64,000 bases of DNA, taken from the NCBI GenBank assembly GCA_024403375.1, contig JAKSRZ010000001.1:11303-75302 (forward strand), read 5' to 3'. The notes beneath the pieces were generated by a model. That model ran no database searches. It was not told where the DNA came from and saw only the letters and a program-made list of their open reading frames with translations. Shown here piece after piece: positions 38,710 to 48,020 of this stretch. The stretch comes from Lachnospiraceae bacterium (GTDB taxonomy: Bacteria > Bacillota > Clostridia > Lachnospirales > Lachnospiraceae). The position numbers and the translations under genes are program-made. Position 1 is the stretch's first letter; the number at the start of each line of letters is the position of its first letter.

Positions 38710-40038
38710 TTACTTTGAAGTTCTTTCTCTATGATGCTTTGTGGCAGGAATCAAGGGAAGAATCGTTAACAGCACAAGAACCGCTCCTGCAATAAGCAGT
38801 GTATGTGTCGGAAGATATTCTGTAAACCCGTTTTCGTCCACAAATTCTCCGCTTCTCTTAATAATAGGATTTGCAAGCAATGGTGCAATGATCATTGGAA
38901 TCAGTACGAAGAACAGAATCCTTATGCCCTCAAACTGTCCTCTTGCATCTTCGGGATAAAGCTGCTTGCTCCAGACTGTAATCGCCTGCAGAAACAGTAC
39001 GTAGCCCACTCCCAATAAGAAAATACCAATAAGCAGAACCGGATTAATGATGCTTTCTGTATTTACGTTATTTGGTCGTACAAATATACCAAGAACTGCC
39101 ACACCGAGAGAATTGATTATTACAGACAGGAAGCTCACAATGGGCTCTTTTTTGTTGTTCAATGCCTTTGTTACGGGAATTGTGCTGAGCATGGCAAGAA
39201 TCAATGCTCCGCCTTCGATAAAGCCCATCATATCAGCTGTGAAACCGAGGTAATAAATCATGTAGTTTCCTATATGAGCAAAGTACATATTAAAGGCTAT
39301 AAAATATACTGCCAGGGAAAGGTTTACCCAAGCCAGCTCTTTGAGCTTTATGTAATTTTTGAAATTCAATATGCTGAAGAACTGTTTCCCGAAGGATTCG
39401 TTTTTGTTCGGCTTAAGTGCTTCGGAATCCTTCATGAAAAGAAGTGAAATCACACCGAACAATATTACTGCACCACCCATTACGAGAAATAATCTTAAGT
39501 AATTATCTTCTGCACCCACAAGCATTCCGCCCACAACTGTTCCTACAATTGTTCCGATTACCGGCTGAGTAGCTATGGCCGCACCCAGCTGGCCGCGGTT
39601 GTTATCGTTCATATGGTCATTTATCCATGCTGTAAAGCCTATGTCATTTCCCATGGAACCAAAGAAACTCATAATTGCATCGGCTGATACCACTGCAACA
39701 CCTGTTGCCATAAGGACTGCGGAAGTTTTTCCCGCATCACCTTTTGTCAAGAATTCAGTCATTCCGAAGCCAATGGTGAATATACCCCATAAAATGTATC
39801 CCACCGCCACAAGAATCTTTCGTTTTCCGATTCTGTCAGATACGCAACCGAAAAGAAATGTGGAAATTGTTGTTGCCGCTGCCGATATGCCCACCATCCA
39901 TGAAATAATTGTGGGGTCTTTTGCTATTTTCGCGTACACAAAGGTATTAAACCACTGGTTTTCCATATTCCAGCATATCTGTCCCGCAATACCAAGTCCC
40001 CATACGAGAAGCCAGAAGCTGAATTTATTCTTTTTCAT
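38710..40038 (-). CDS. MFS transporter
   Basis: 442-aa ORF with about 12 TM and a central loop. Substrate not assignable. Confidence 0.75.
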   Translation of the reverse strand: MKKNKFSFWLLVWGLGIAGQICWNMENQWFNTFVYAKIAKDPTIISWMVGISAAATTISTFLFGCVSDRIGKRKILVAVGYILWGIFTIGFGMTEFLTKGDAGKTSAVLMATGVAVVSADAIMSFFGSMGNDIGFTAWINDHMNDNNRGQLGAAIATQPVIGTIVGTVVGGMLVGAEDNYLRLFLVMGGAVILFGVISLLFMKDSEALKPNKNESFGKQFFSILNFKNYIKLKELAWVNLSLAVYFIAFNMYFAHIGNYMIYYLGFTADMMGFIEGGALILAMLSTIPVTKALNNKKEPIVSFLSVIINSLGVAVLGIFVRPNNVNTESIINPVLLIGIFLLGVGYVLFLQAITVWSKQLYPEDARGQFEGIRILFFVLIPMIIAPLLANPIIKRSGEFVDENGFTEYLPTHTLLIAGAVLVLLTILPLIPATKHHRERTSK

Positions 40039-40100
40039 AATTCTATTCCTCCCTCAATCTCTTTGTTCCATGAATTATAGCATTTTCGAATAATCCGTAC

Positions 40101-40131
40101 AACATAAACAGCCCGGCTCATTGAGCCGGGC
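40101..40131 (-). terminator. terminator after hsp20
   Basis: GCCCGGCUC-3 nt loop-GAGCCGGGC, followed by UGUUUAUGUU on the minus strand. Confidence 0.55.
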
Positions 40132-40200
40132 CTTAAAGAGATATGGGGAGAACTTACTCTCTATGCGTGGAGGTAGTCATCGCATGAGAGTTAAAGGAAA

Positions 40201-40674
40201 TCAGCCTTCGATCATAATGAATCTGTCTTCAGGAAGTTCTTTCTTTTCTTTCTTGGGAACCTCAACCGTTAACACACCATTTTTGAATTTAGCCTTAATA
40301 TCAGCCTGTGTAACATCCTTGCCTACGAAGTATGTGCGGCTGCATGTGCCGTAAATTCGCTCTCTGCGGATGTAACCGTTTTTCTTATCGGATTCATCCT
40401 TCTTATCTTCCTCGTTAGTAGCTGTGATTGTAAGGTAGCCGTCTTTTACTTCGCCTTTAATGTTGGCCAGCTCGTAGCCGGGAAGGTCAATGTTGAAAAG
40501 GTAGCTTGTCTCTGTTTCGGTAACGTCTGTCAACATGCGTCCTCCTGCAAAGTTCATATCAAATCCGACGCCGTTGCCGTTGCCTAAAAGTTTTCCGCAG
40601 TTCTCCATGAAACCGCCGTTACCAAAGAAATCATCAAGAAAATCGTTTACAAAAGAATTTGTCATAACTGTCAT
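40201..40674 (-). CDS. Hsp20/alpha-crystallin small heat-shock protein
   Basis: 157-aa ORF with alpha-crystallin domain IDLPGYELANIKGEVKDGYLTITA...AKFKNGVLTVEVPK. RBS AAGGAGGAAAAAG. Confidence 0.9.
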   Translation of the reverse strand: MTVMTNSFVNDFLDDFFGNGGFMENCGKLLGNGNGVGFDMNFAGGRMLTDVTETETSYLFNIDLPGYELANIKGEVKDGYLTITATNEEDKKDESDKKNGYIRRERIYGTCSRTYFVGKDVTQADIKAKFKNGVLTVEVPKKEKKELPEDRFIMIEG

Positions 40675-40750
40675 AGCTTTTTCCTCCTTATAGGGTTTGT
40701 ATATTGTTTATAAGTATCATCAGGGTTCCTTGTTCTTTCGAACTGACTAC

Positions 40751-40779
40751 GTTATACCACCATTGTTAGCACTCGTCAA
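40751..40779 (-). promoter_or_regulatory. sigma-A promoter of hsp20, overlapping CIRCE
   Basis: On the minus strand, TTGACG-17 nt-TATAAC. The -35 lies inside the CIRCE spacer. Confidence 0.5.
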
Positions 40780-40792
40780 TAGCGAGTGCTAA
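40766..40792. promoter_or_regulatory. CIRCE operator (HrcA binding site)
   Basis: TTAGCACTC-GTCAATAGC-GAGTGCTAA is a perfect match to the CIRCE consensus TTAGCACTC-N9-GAGTGCTAA. It lies about 90 nt upstream of the hsp20 start. Confidence 0.85.
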
Positions 40793-40829
40793 CAATTCAC
40801 AAATACTTCACAATTATTATCAGAACCAC

Positions 40830-40865
40830 AAAAAAAGACCTCTTGCAGTTAAACCGCAAAAGGTC
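40830..40865 (-). terminator. terminator overlapping the azlD stop
   Basis: On the minus strand, GACCUUUUGC-9 nt-GCAAGAGGUC (one G-U pair) followed by U7. Confidence 0.5.
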
Positions 40866-41184
40866 CGATAATTCGTATTAAAATCATGTAACATGCAGTA
40901 CCTACAACGACACTGAGAACTGTATTTTTCTTCCAGATGTGTAAAAGCACAACTATAATCACACTTACCAGCTCAGGTATTCCATGATTACCCGTCATAA
41001 TCTTTACGCCCTTAAGACAATACACCACAAGCATGGCCATAGCTGCAAAAGGAAGAGCATTTCCAAGATACTCAATGTACTTTGGAACCTTCTTTTTTCT
41101 GAAAGCCACAAAGGGCACGCCTCTTAAAAAGAAGGTCACAAGTGCCATTATTGCCACAGCCGCAATTTCATGAATATTACTCAT
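40849..41184 (-). CDS. azlD: branched-chain amino acid exporter small subunit AzlD
   Basis: 111-aa 4-TM ORF that overlaps the azlC stop by 4 nt. Confidence 0.7.
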   Translation of the reverse strand: MSNIHEIAAVAIMALVTFFLRGVPFVAFRKKKVPKYIEYLGNALPFAAMAMLVVYCLKGVKIMTGNHGIPELVSVIIVVLLHIWKKNTVLSVVVGTACYMILIRIIGPFAV

Positions 41185-41867
41185 GCCTTCCTCCCTTCTT
41201 CAATCGGCTTTCTGAAGATAGAAAGAAGAATGATAATAAGAATCATATCAGGAATAATGAAATTATCCGGCCCGAATACAAGGAGGCAGATTATGGAAGA
41301 AATCATTCCAAAAATTGCCGGCCTATGCTCCTTTTCCTTTATCCACTGCCCAACCACAACAGTCACAAACAAGGCTGTCATTGAGAAATCAAGGCCTTCA
41401 AGGTTTCCCGGTATAAGTGCACCGATAAGTGATCCTACGATACTTCCGGTCACCCAATATATCTGATCAAAAAGTGAAACCAGGAAAAAGTATTCATGCT
41501 TTCCGAAGCCTTCCGGCACCTCTCCCGTACACACAAGAGAATATGTTTCATCCGTCAGCGCGTGAATCAGATATGGTTTCTTTGCTCCTGCTCCCTTATA
41601 GTGACCTATCATTGTAATTCCGTAGAACAAATGTCTGGCATTAATTACAAGAGAAGTTATTGCTACTGTAACGAGGGATGCTCCGCTCGAAAGCAAGGAA
41701 ATTCCAACATATTGTAAGGATCCGGCGTAGACGAAAACGCTCATCGCCAAGGACCACCAAAGACCGAAGCCGTTTTCATTAAGCAGAAGTCCAAAGCCTG
41801 TTCCAAGTACAATATACCCTGCCATTACCGGCAGGGTGTCTTTTATTACAACGTTTATTTTCCTCAC
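41181..41867 (-). CDS. azlC: branched-chain amino acid exporter AzlC
   Basis: AzlC-like N-terminus IKDTLPVMAGYIVLGTGFG. I place the start at a GTG (41867) 5 nt after GGAGG and just past the livF stop, rather than the ORF-track start at 41921. Confidence 0.75.
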   Translation of the reverse strand: MRKINVVIKDTLPVMAGYIVLGTGFGLLLNENGFGLWWSLAMSVFVYAGSLQYVGISLLSSGASLVTVAITSLVINARHLFYGITMIGHYKGAGAKKPYLIHALTDETYSLVCTGEVPEGFGKHEYFFLVSLFDQIYWVTGSIVGSLIGALIPGNLEGLDFSMTALFVTVVVGQWIKEKEHRPAIFGMISSIICLLVFGPDNFIIPDMILIIILLSIFRKPIEEGRKA

Positions 41868-41868
41868 A

Positions 41869-42582
41869 TCAGCCTCCAAGGTAAGCCTTACGTACCTCGT
41901 CGGAATTTGCCAGTTCTTCACCTGTACCGCTAAGTGTTATCTTACCGGTTTCGAGAACATAGGCTCTGTCGGCCACCTGAAGAGCCTTGCGGGCATTCTG
42001 CTCAACCAGAAGAATGGTTGTTCCTGCCTTATGAAGCTCTTTTATTATGTCAAAAATCTGGTCTACAAGAATGGGAGCAAGACCCATTGAAGGCTCATCC
42101 AGCATAAGAAGCTTGGGATGGCTCATAAGTGCACGGGCAATTGCCAGCATCTGCTGCTCACCACCGGAGAGTGTACCTGCAATCTGCTTTTCACGCTCCT
42201 TAAGGCGAGGAAAGCGTCCGAACATCTCATCCATAGTATCCTGGATTTCACTTGCAGGACGTGTGTATCCACCCATTTCAAGGTTTTCACGTACCGTCAT
42301 CTGCTGGAAAATTCTTCTGCCTTCAGGACAAAGTGCTATGCCGAGGGGCACAACCTTGCTGGCAGGCATTGCAGATATGTTCTGACCAAGGAATTCTATT
42401 TTACCTGTACGGGGCTTCATAAGTCCACCGATGGTGTTAAGTGTTGTGGACTTTCCTGCACCGTTTGCTCCGATAAGTGTTACAACTTCATTTTCATGTA
42501 CTTCGAAGGATATCCCTTTAATGGCATGGATTGCACCGTAATAGACATCAATGCCATCTACTTTAAGCATAGGTTCTGCCAT
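41869..42582 (-). CDS. livF: branched-chain amino acid ABC transporter ATP-binding protein LivF
   Basis: Starts at MAEPMLKVDGIDVYYG (RBS AGGAGGA). Motifs GANGAGKST, LSGGEQQMLAIARAL and LMLDEPSMGLAP. Confidence 0.9.
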   Translation of the reverse strand: MAEPMLKVDGIDVYYGAIHAIKGISFEVHENEVVTLIGANGAGKSTTLNTIGGLMKPRTGKIEFLGQNISAMPASKVVPLGIALCPEGRRIFQQMTVRENLEMGGYTRPASEIQDTMDEMFGRFPRLKEREKQIAGTLSGGEQQMLAIARALMSHPKLLMLDEPSMGLAPILVDQIFDIIKELHKAGTTILLVEQNARKALQVADRAYVLETGKITLSGTGEELANSDEVRKAYLGG

Positions 42583-42583
42583 A

Positions 42584-43441
42584 TTATTCGTCCTCCTTCT
42601 GCGTTCCAAGGTATGCCTCAATAACCTCAGGATTATTCTGGATTTCGTCTGCTGTACCTTTGGCAATAACTCTGCCGAAGTTCAATACACAGATTCCTTC
42701 GCAAATACCCATTACGAGGTTCATATCGTGCTCAATAAGCATAATTGCAATCTGGAAATCATCACGAATCTTAATAATTGTGTCCATCAGCTCTTCTGTT
42801 TCTTTTGGGTTCATACCCGCTGCAGGCTCATCCAAAAGGAGAAGCTTTGGTGACGTTGCCAAGGCACGAAGAATCTCTAGACGACGCTGAGCACCGTAAG
42901 GCAAGCTTCCGGACTTCACATCTGCCATATCCTGCATATTGAAAAGAGAAAGGAGTTCCATTGCCTTTTCGTGCTGTTTTTTCTCTCCCTTCCAGAAGGC
43001 GGGCAAACGAAGAATGCCGGATGCCGTGCTGTAAGGAATCTGGTTATGGAGACCGATTCTGATATTGTCTTCAACGGTCATCTGATTAAAGAGTCTGATA
43101 TTCTGGAAAGTACGGGCAAGTCCCAGTCTGCTGGCCTGAATTGTATTCATGCCGGCGGTATCTTTGCCATCAACCATTACAACACCGTGTGTAGGCTGAT
43201 AAACCTTTGTAAGAAGGTTGAATACTGTGGTTTTTCCTGCACCGTTAGGTCCGATAAGTCCTGCAATTTCGGTAGGTCCTATCGTAAGGTTAAAGTCATC
43301 AACGGCTTTAAGTCCGCCGTAGTCTATTCCAAGGTGGCTGCACTCCAGAACGGGACGCTTATTCAAGTCTCGTTCCGGGCCACTTGCTCTTGAGGGATGC
43401 TCGACCATCTTTGTGTCAGATCTACGTTTTGTATCTGTCAT
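42584..43441 (-). CDS. livG: branched-chain amino acid ABC transporter ATP-binding protein LivG
   Basis: 285-aa ORF with GPNGAGKTT, LPYGAQRRLEILRAL and LLLDEPAAGMNP. Confidence 0.9.
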   Translation of the reverse strand: MTDTKRRSDTKMVEHPSRASGPERDLNKRPVLECSHLGIDYGGLKAVDDFNLTIGPTEIAGLIGPNGAGKTTVFNLLTKVYQPTHGVVMVDGKDTAGMNTIQASRLGLARTFQNIRLFNQMTVEDNIRIGLHNQIPYSTASGILRLPAFWKGEKKQHEKAMELLSLFNMQDMADVKSGSLPYGAQRRLEILRALATSPKLLLLDEPAAGMNPKETEELMDTIIKIRDDFQIAIMLIEHDMNLVMGICEGICVLNFGRVIAKGTADEIQNNPEVIEAYLGTQKEDE

Positions 43442-44487
43442 GCCTGCTCACCGCCTTTCGCTTTGTTTTTCTTAAATATGGAATTTACAAAAGCTTTTAT
43501 TCTTGCGTTATTTGTAATAAGCATTACCGCAATAAGTACGATAGCATATGCTAGCATACGATAATCTGCAAATCCTCTGAGTTCCTCAGGTAAAATGTAA
43601 AGAACAGCTGCAGCAATTACGGATCCGGTAATATTTCCGATACCACCAAGTACTACGTATACAAGGATAAGAATTGATGCGTTGAAGGAGAAGTTTGCCG
43701 GTGTAAGGGATGCATAGTTAAGTCCGAAAAGGGCTCCGCCCATACCTGCAAGGAAGGCTGATGTTACGAATGCAAGAAGCTTGAAGCCTGTTACATTGAT
43801 ACCTACTGACTCCGCTGCAATTCTGTTGTCTCTGACAGCCATGATTGCTCTGCCTGAACGTGAATGAATCAGGTTAATAACCACAAGGAGTGTAAATAAT
43901 ACGAGCAAAAATCCTGCCAGGAAGGATGCAATTTTTTCAACACTTGTAACGCCGGTAGGTCCACGAAGTATCTGTGTTCCGGGGATGTCATTATTGTTGA
44001 ATGCGAAATGGAGCTTATTTCCATCAAGTGAAATATAGATACAGTTGAGGATATTTCTGATGATTTCGCCAAATGCCAGAGTTACGATGGCCAGGTAGTC
44101 ACCACGAAGACGCAGTACCGGGATACCGATAATCACGCCCATGATACCGGCCATAATGCCTCCGATAACCAGTGCGGAAAGAAGTTGTGCAGGTTCTGAG
44201 AAGCCAAACACCTCTCTTGTATAGGTAGCTATTACAACACCTGAGAATGCTCCGATGGACATGAATCCTGCATGACCAAGGCTCAGTTCTCCGGATATTC
44301 CGACTGTAAGGTTAAGTGATACAGCCATTACAATGTAAACGCACACAGGAACCAGCATTGATTTTGTGGTTCTTGGCATTGCATTTGTTGTAATCATAAT
44401 CTGGCAGATTATGAACATGGCTGTTACCAGAAGGCAAGGGAAATATGTTTTTGTTATTTTTCTTAAAGTGTTTGATGATTTTTTCAT
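43438..44487 (-). CDS. livM: branched-chain amino acid ABC transporter permease LivM
   Basis: Polytopic. The start is set at the ATG at 44487 after GAGGTG. ATGA overlap with livG. Confidence 0.85.
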   Translation of the reverse strand: MKKSSNTLRKITKTYFPCLLVTAMFIICQIMITTNAMPRTTKSMLVPVCVYIVMAVSLNLTVGISGELSLGHAGFMSIGAFSGVVIATYTREVFGFSEPAQLLSALVIGGIMAGIMGVIIGIPVLRLRGDYLAIVTLAFGEIIRNILNCIYISLDGNKLHFAFNNNDIPGTQILRGPTGVTSVEKIASFLAGFLLVLFTLLVVINLIHSRSGRAIMAVRDNRIAAESVGINVTGFKLLAFVTSAFLAGMGGALFGLNYASLTPANFSFNASILILVYVVLGGIGNITGSVIAAAVLYILPEELRGFADYRMLAYAIVLIAVMLITNNARIKAFVNSIFKKNKAKGGEQA

Positions 44488-44497
44488 ATGCTTCACC

Positions 44498-45382
44498 TCA
44501 CACTTTCTCATGAATCTTCTTGCCGAGAAGGCCTGTAGGCTTTACAAGAAGAACAAGAATAAGTACTGCAAATACGAATGCATCACCAAGCTCGGATGAT
44601 ACGTATGCTTTACCAAGAATTTCAATAACACCAAGAAGGATACCACCAAGCATAGCTCCGGGGATTGATCCGATACCGCCAAATACCGCTGCAGTGAAAG
44701 CCTTGATACCGGGCATGGAGCCTGTGGTAGGCTTGAGCGTAGGATATGCACTGCACATAAGGACTGCTGCAATTGCTGCAAGAGCAGAGCCTATAGCAAA
44801 GGTGACAGTTATTGTAAGATCTACATTAACGCCCATAAGTTCAGCTGCACCTCTGTCCTCAGAAACGCATCTCATAGCCTTACCCATCTTTGTGTGATTT
44901 ACGAATAATGTCAGCACAACCATTATCAGAACGGATGCAATGATTGTTACTATGGTTACATAGGAAATCTTAAGGCTTCCGCCCATAAGGCTTAATCCGC
45001 CGCTTGGAATAACAGACTTGAAGCTCTTGGGATTTGCTCCCCAGATAAGCTGTGCAAGATTTTGAAGAAAATAGCTCATTCCGATAGCGGTAATAAGTAC
45101 TGAAAGTGATGTAGCCTGACGAAGAGGCTTGTAAGCCAGTCTCTCAATCGTGATACCTAACAGAGTGCAGACGGCCATGGCAATAAGTACACCGACGAAA
45201 GCGGGTGTATTAAGGTTGAACATCATAACAAAGCACATGTAAGCACCTATCATGATTACGTCACCGTGTGCAAAGTTAAGCATCTTGGCAATACCATAAA
45301 CCATGGTATATCCGAGAGCTATGATTGCGTACACGCTGCCGAGGCTGACACCACTGATCAGGTTTGACAAAAACGTGGACAT
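44498..45382 (-). CDS. livH: branched-chain amino acid ABC transporter permease LivH
   Basis: 294-aa ORF with a LivH-type N-terminus LISGVSLGSVYAIIALGYTMVYG...NFAHGD. Confidence 0.9.
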   Translation of the reverse strand: MSTFLSNLISGVSLGSVYAIIALGYTMVYGIAKMLNFAHGDVIMIGAYMCFVMMFNLNTPAFVGVLIAMAVCTLLGITIERLAYKPLRQATSLSVLITAIGMSYFLQNLAQLIWGANPKSFKSVIPSGGLSLMGGSLKISYVTIVTIIASVLIMVVLTLFVNHTKMGKAMRCVSEDRGAAELMGVNVDLTITVTFAIGSALAAIAAVLMCSAYPTLKPTTGSMPGIKAFTAAVFGGIGSIPGAMLGGILLGVIEILGKAYVSSELGDAFVFAVLILVLLVKPTGLLGKKIHEKV

Positions 45383-45409
45383 AAGATTTCCCCTTTCCTA
45401 TATTTATCC

Positions 45410-45456
45410 AAATAGAACCGAAACACGGGCGGACCCAAATTAAGGGTACGCCCGTT
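45410..45456 (-). terminator. partial terminator / stem-loop after livJ
   Basis: ACGGGCG...CGCCCGU stem followed by GUUUCGGUUCUAUUU on the minus strand. This is typical attenuation after a binding-protein gene. Confidence 0.35.
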
Positions 45457-45475
45457 AATTTAACCTATAATCAAA

Positions 45476-46618
45476 TTACTGTACGGATGCGTACTGACCG
45501 TTACGGATTACGTAAGCAGTAGCTGCCTTACTTACACAACCGTCTGCACCCCAAACCATGTTATCACCTGTGAGACCTGTGTATGTGTACTTCTGCATCC
45601 AAGGAATCATCTTCTCACAAACGTCCTTAGCGGATGTTTCAGCTGTGATTCCGAGGTCCTGACATGCTGCATAGAAGATATACATTGCATCGTATGCGTC
45701 TGCTGCGAACTGGTTGGGAACATCGCCAAACTTTGCCTTGTAGTTGCTTACGAAAGCAGTTGTCTTGGAATCAGTCTTATTTGCATCGAAAGGTGTAAGC
45801 ATGTAAGAACCTTCAGCAAGGGATGTATCAAAGCCATCAATTGCAAGGAGACCGTCCATACCATCTACACCGAAGAACTTGAAGTTGTAGCCTGCTGCCT
45901 TAGCCTGCTGCATGATAGCTGCTACAGGTGTGTAGTAGATAGGAAGGAATACAAGATCTGCACCTGCATCTGCTGCCTTCTGAAGCTGAACGGAGAAGTC
46001 TGCGTTGGAGTCATCAGAGAATGTTGCGTCCTTTACTACAACGTCAAGGCCAATCTCTGCAGCCTTAGCTGTGAAGGACTGGTAAATTGATGTGGAGTAG
46101 TCCTGTGCGTTGTTCCAGATAATTGCAATCTTTGTACCAAGGCCAAGGTTCTTAATTGTAAGAGCTGCTGATGCACCCTGGTTAGGGTCTGTAAAGCAAA
46201 CCTGGTATACGTTATCCTTACCCTCGTTTACTGCAGGGTTAGAAGCGGAAGGTGTAAGAAGGAATACACGCTCTTTGTATGCTTCTGCTGCAACTGCTGC
46301 ACAAGCACCGGAAGTAACTGTTCCGAGGAGTGCCTGCATACCCTTTTCCATTTCACGGTTGTATGCGTTAACTGCCATTGTGGGATCACCCTGGTCATCC
46401 TCACCAAGTACTTCAAACTGAAGGCCACCAAGGGCATTAATCTCATCTGCTGCCATCTTCATGGCATTTTCTACTGCAAGGCCATACTGTGCGTAGTCAC
46501 CTGTTGTAGGTCCGATTGAACCAACCTTAATTGCTCCTGCGTCCTTTGACTTGCCACAACCTGCAAGCATGCAGATAGCCATCATTGCTACCATTACGAC
46601 TGAAATAACCTTTTTCAT
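45476..46618 (-). CDS. livJ: branched-chain amino acid ABC transporter substrate-binding lipoprotein
   Basis: 380-aa ORF with lipobox MLAGC and a type-I periplasmic binding fold. First gene of the liv operon. Confidence 0.85.
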   Translation of the reverse strand: MKKVISVVMVAMMAICMLAGCGKSKDAGAIKVGSIGPTTGDYAQYGLAVENAMKMAADEINALGGLQFEVLGEDDQGDPTMAVNAYNREMEKGMQALLGTVTSGACAAVAAEAYKERVFLLTPSASNPAVNEGKDNVYQVCFTDPNQGASAALTIKNLGLGTKIAIIWNNAQDYSTSIYQSFTAKAAEIGLDVVVKDATFSDDSNADFSVQLQKAADAGADLVFLPIYYTPVAAIMQQAKAAGYNFKFFGVDGMDGLLAIDGFDTSLAEGSYMLTPFDANKTDSKTTAFVSNYKAKFGDVPNQFAADAYDAMYIFYAACQDLGITAETSAKDVCEKMIPWMQKYTYTGLTGDNMVWGADGCVSKAATAYVIRNGQYASVQ

Positions 46619-46709
46619 AATTTCTCCCTTTCCGCGTTTTCATCTTCAGTGCCATTCTCCTCGGCACTTTAACGCTTTCCCGAATTAACGTGATTCGGAT
46701 TTTTGTGGT

Positions 46710-46738
46710 ATTTTACTCTCGTGGTTTATCGTTGTCAA
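46710..46738 (-). promoter_or_regulatory. sigma-A promoter of the liv operon
   Basis: On the minus strand, TTGACA-17 nt-TAAAAT, about 90 nt upstream of the livJ ATG. Confidence 0.45.
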
Positions 46739-46771
46739 CATATTTTTTGTATATTTATTCACAATCTACCA

Positions 46772-46820
46772 CAAAAAAAGAACAAAGAATCTCCGCAAAC
46801 TGCAGAACTCCTTTGTTCTT
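46772..46820 (-). terminator. terminator after the second LacI gene
   Basis: AAGAACAAAG-23 nt-CUUUGUUCUU followed by U6-7 on the minus strand. Confidence 0.6.
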
Positions 46821-46864
46821 GTGGCACACTTTACCACGTTTGAGTGATAAAGTCAAATGTATTT

Positions 46865-47857
46865 TTATTTTTCTGTTGATTCCCTCACAACCAGCTTGGC
46901 CCTTAGAAGCAGCTTCGACATGGACACATTTCTGATAAGTCCATCCAGCATAAGTGCAGCACTCTTACCAAGATTACTTCTGTCCTGACGTATTGTAGTC
47001 AATGACGGCTTCAGCTGTGCCGCAATAGGCAAATCATCGAATCCTGTTACTGCAATATCTTCAGGAACCCGCTTACCAAGGCGATTTAATTCATTCAGCA
47101 CACCGCTGGCAATAAGATCGGAAGCACACATAATAGCTGTTGCACCATTTTCCACAAAGCCCGTCACATAAGTTTTGGCACAGTCAGGCACAAAATAACC
47201 ATATGCAACCAGCTTTTCATCAACCTCCAGACCATTTTCTTCCATACTCTGACGAAATGCCAGATTTCTTTCTTCTGATACCATCGAATTCTTAGTACCA
47301 TTAAGAAACGCAATTCTCTTATGGCCCAACTGAACGAGATGTTTTACAGCCTGAGAAATTCCTTCCCTGGAATCCGTACCCACATAGCCTACTTTTTCAT
47401 TATCTGCAATAAAATTATCCAAAAGCACTGTAGGAACTGTTGTTTTTTCCAACTGACGAACCCAGTCATCGTGAAGAGTAAAACCAAGCAAAAACGCACC
47501 TGCGTAACCGTTCTTCAACATATAACTGTCATACTTTTCAAGCGATCTGAAATTCAGCTGCGACGGCTCAATCACAACCTCCCAGCTTCTGCTGATGGCT
47601 GCTTTCTTAAATCCATTAACGAGCTCGTAGCCAAACTGGTCTTCGTTCTCATAGTCCATGTTCTGACTGTCAACGAAAATGCATACCTTTGTAGTAGCAG
47701 TTCTCTTTATCTTTTTAAGGGAATAGCCCATCTCAACTGCTGTATCAAGCACAAGCTGACGAGTCTCCTCGGAAATGTCCTCCGCCCCGTTCAGGCCCTT
47801 GGAAACCGTACTTACCGCAATATTCAAACGTTCAGCAATGTCTTTTATTGTTACCAT
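46865..47857 (-). CDS. LacI/GalR-family transcriptional regulator
   Basis: Starts at MVTIKDIAERLNIAVSTVSKGLNG (ATG at 47857, RBS GGAGGAATTA). Sugar-binding core. Confidence 0.85.
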   Translation of the reverse strand: MVTIKDIAERLNIAVSTVSKGLNGAEDISEETRQLVLDTAVEMGYSLKKIKRTATTKVCIFVDSQNMDYENEDQFGYELVNGFKKAAISRSWEVVIEPSQLNFRSLEKYDSYMLKNGYAGAFLLGFTLHDDWVRQLEKTTVPTVLLDNFIADNEKVGYVGTDSREGISQAVKHLVQLGHKRIAFLNGTKNSMVSEERNLAFRQSMEENGLEVDEKLVAYGYFVPDCAKTYVTGFVENGATAIMCASDLIASGVLNELNRLGKRVPEDIAVTGFDDLPIAAQLKPSLTTIRQDRSNLGKSAALMLDGLIRNVSMSKLLLRAKLVVRESTEK

Positions 47858-48020
47858 TAATTCCTCCGGATGCATGAAAATGCATCTGAAATCTTAGCAA
47901 ATTTTCGAAAAAAAGTAAAGGCAGACCGAGAGACCCCTCTAATGTTTCATCCCCCTTGCTTATTATGTAGTTCTGCGCTATAATATCTTGACATTTTATC
48001 AAGTAAGGATGGTGAAATAA

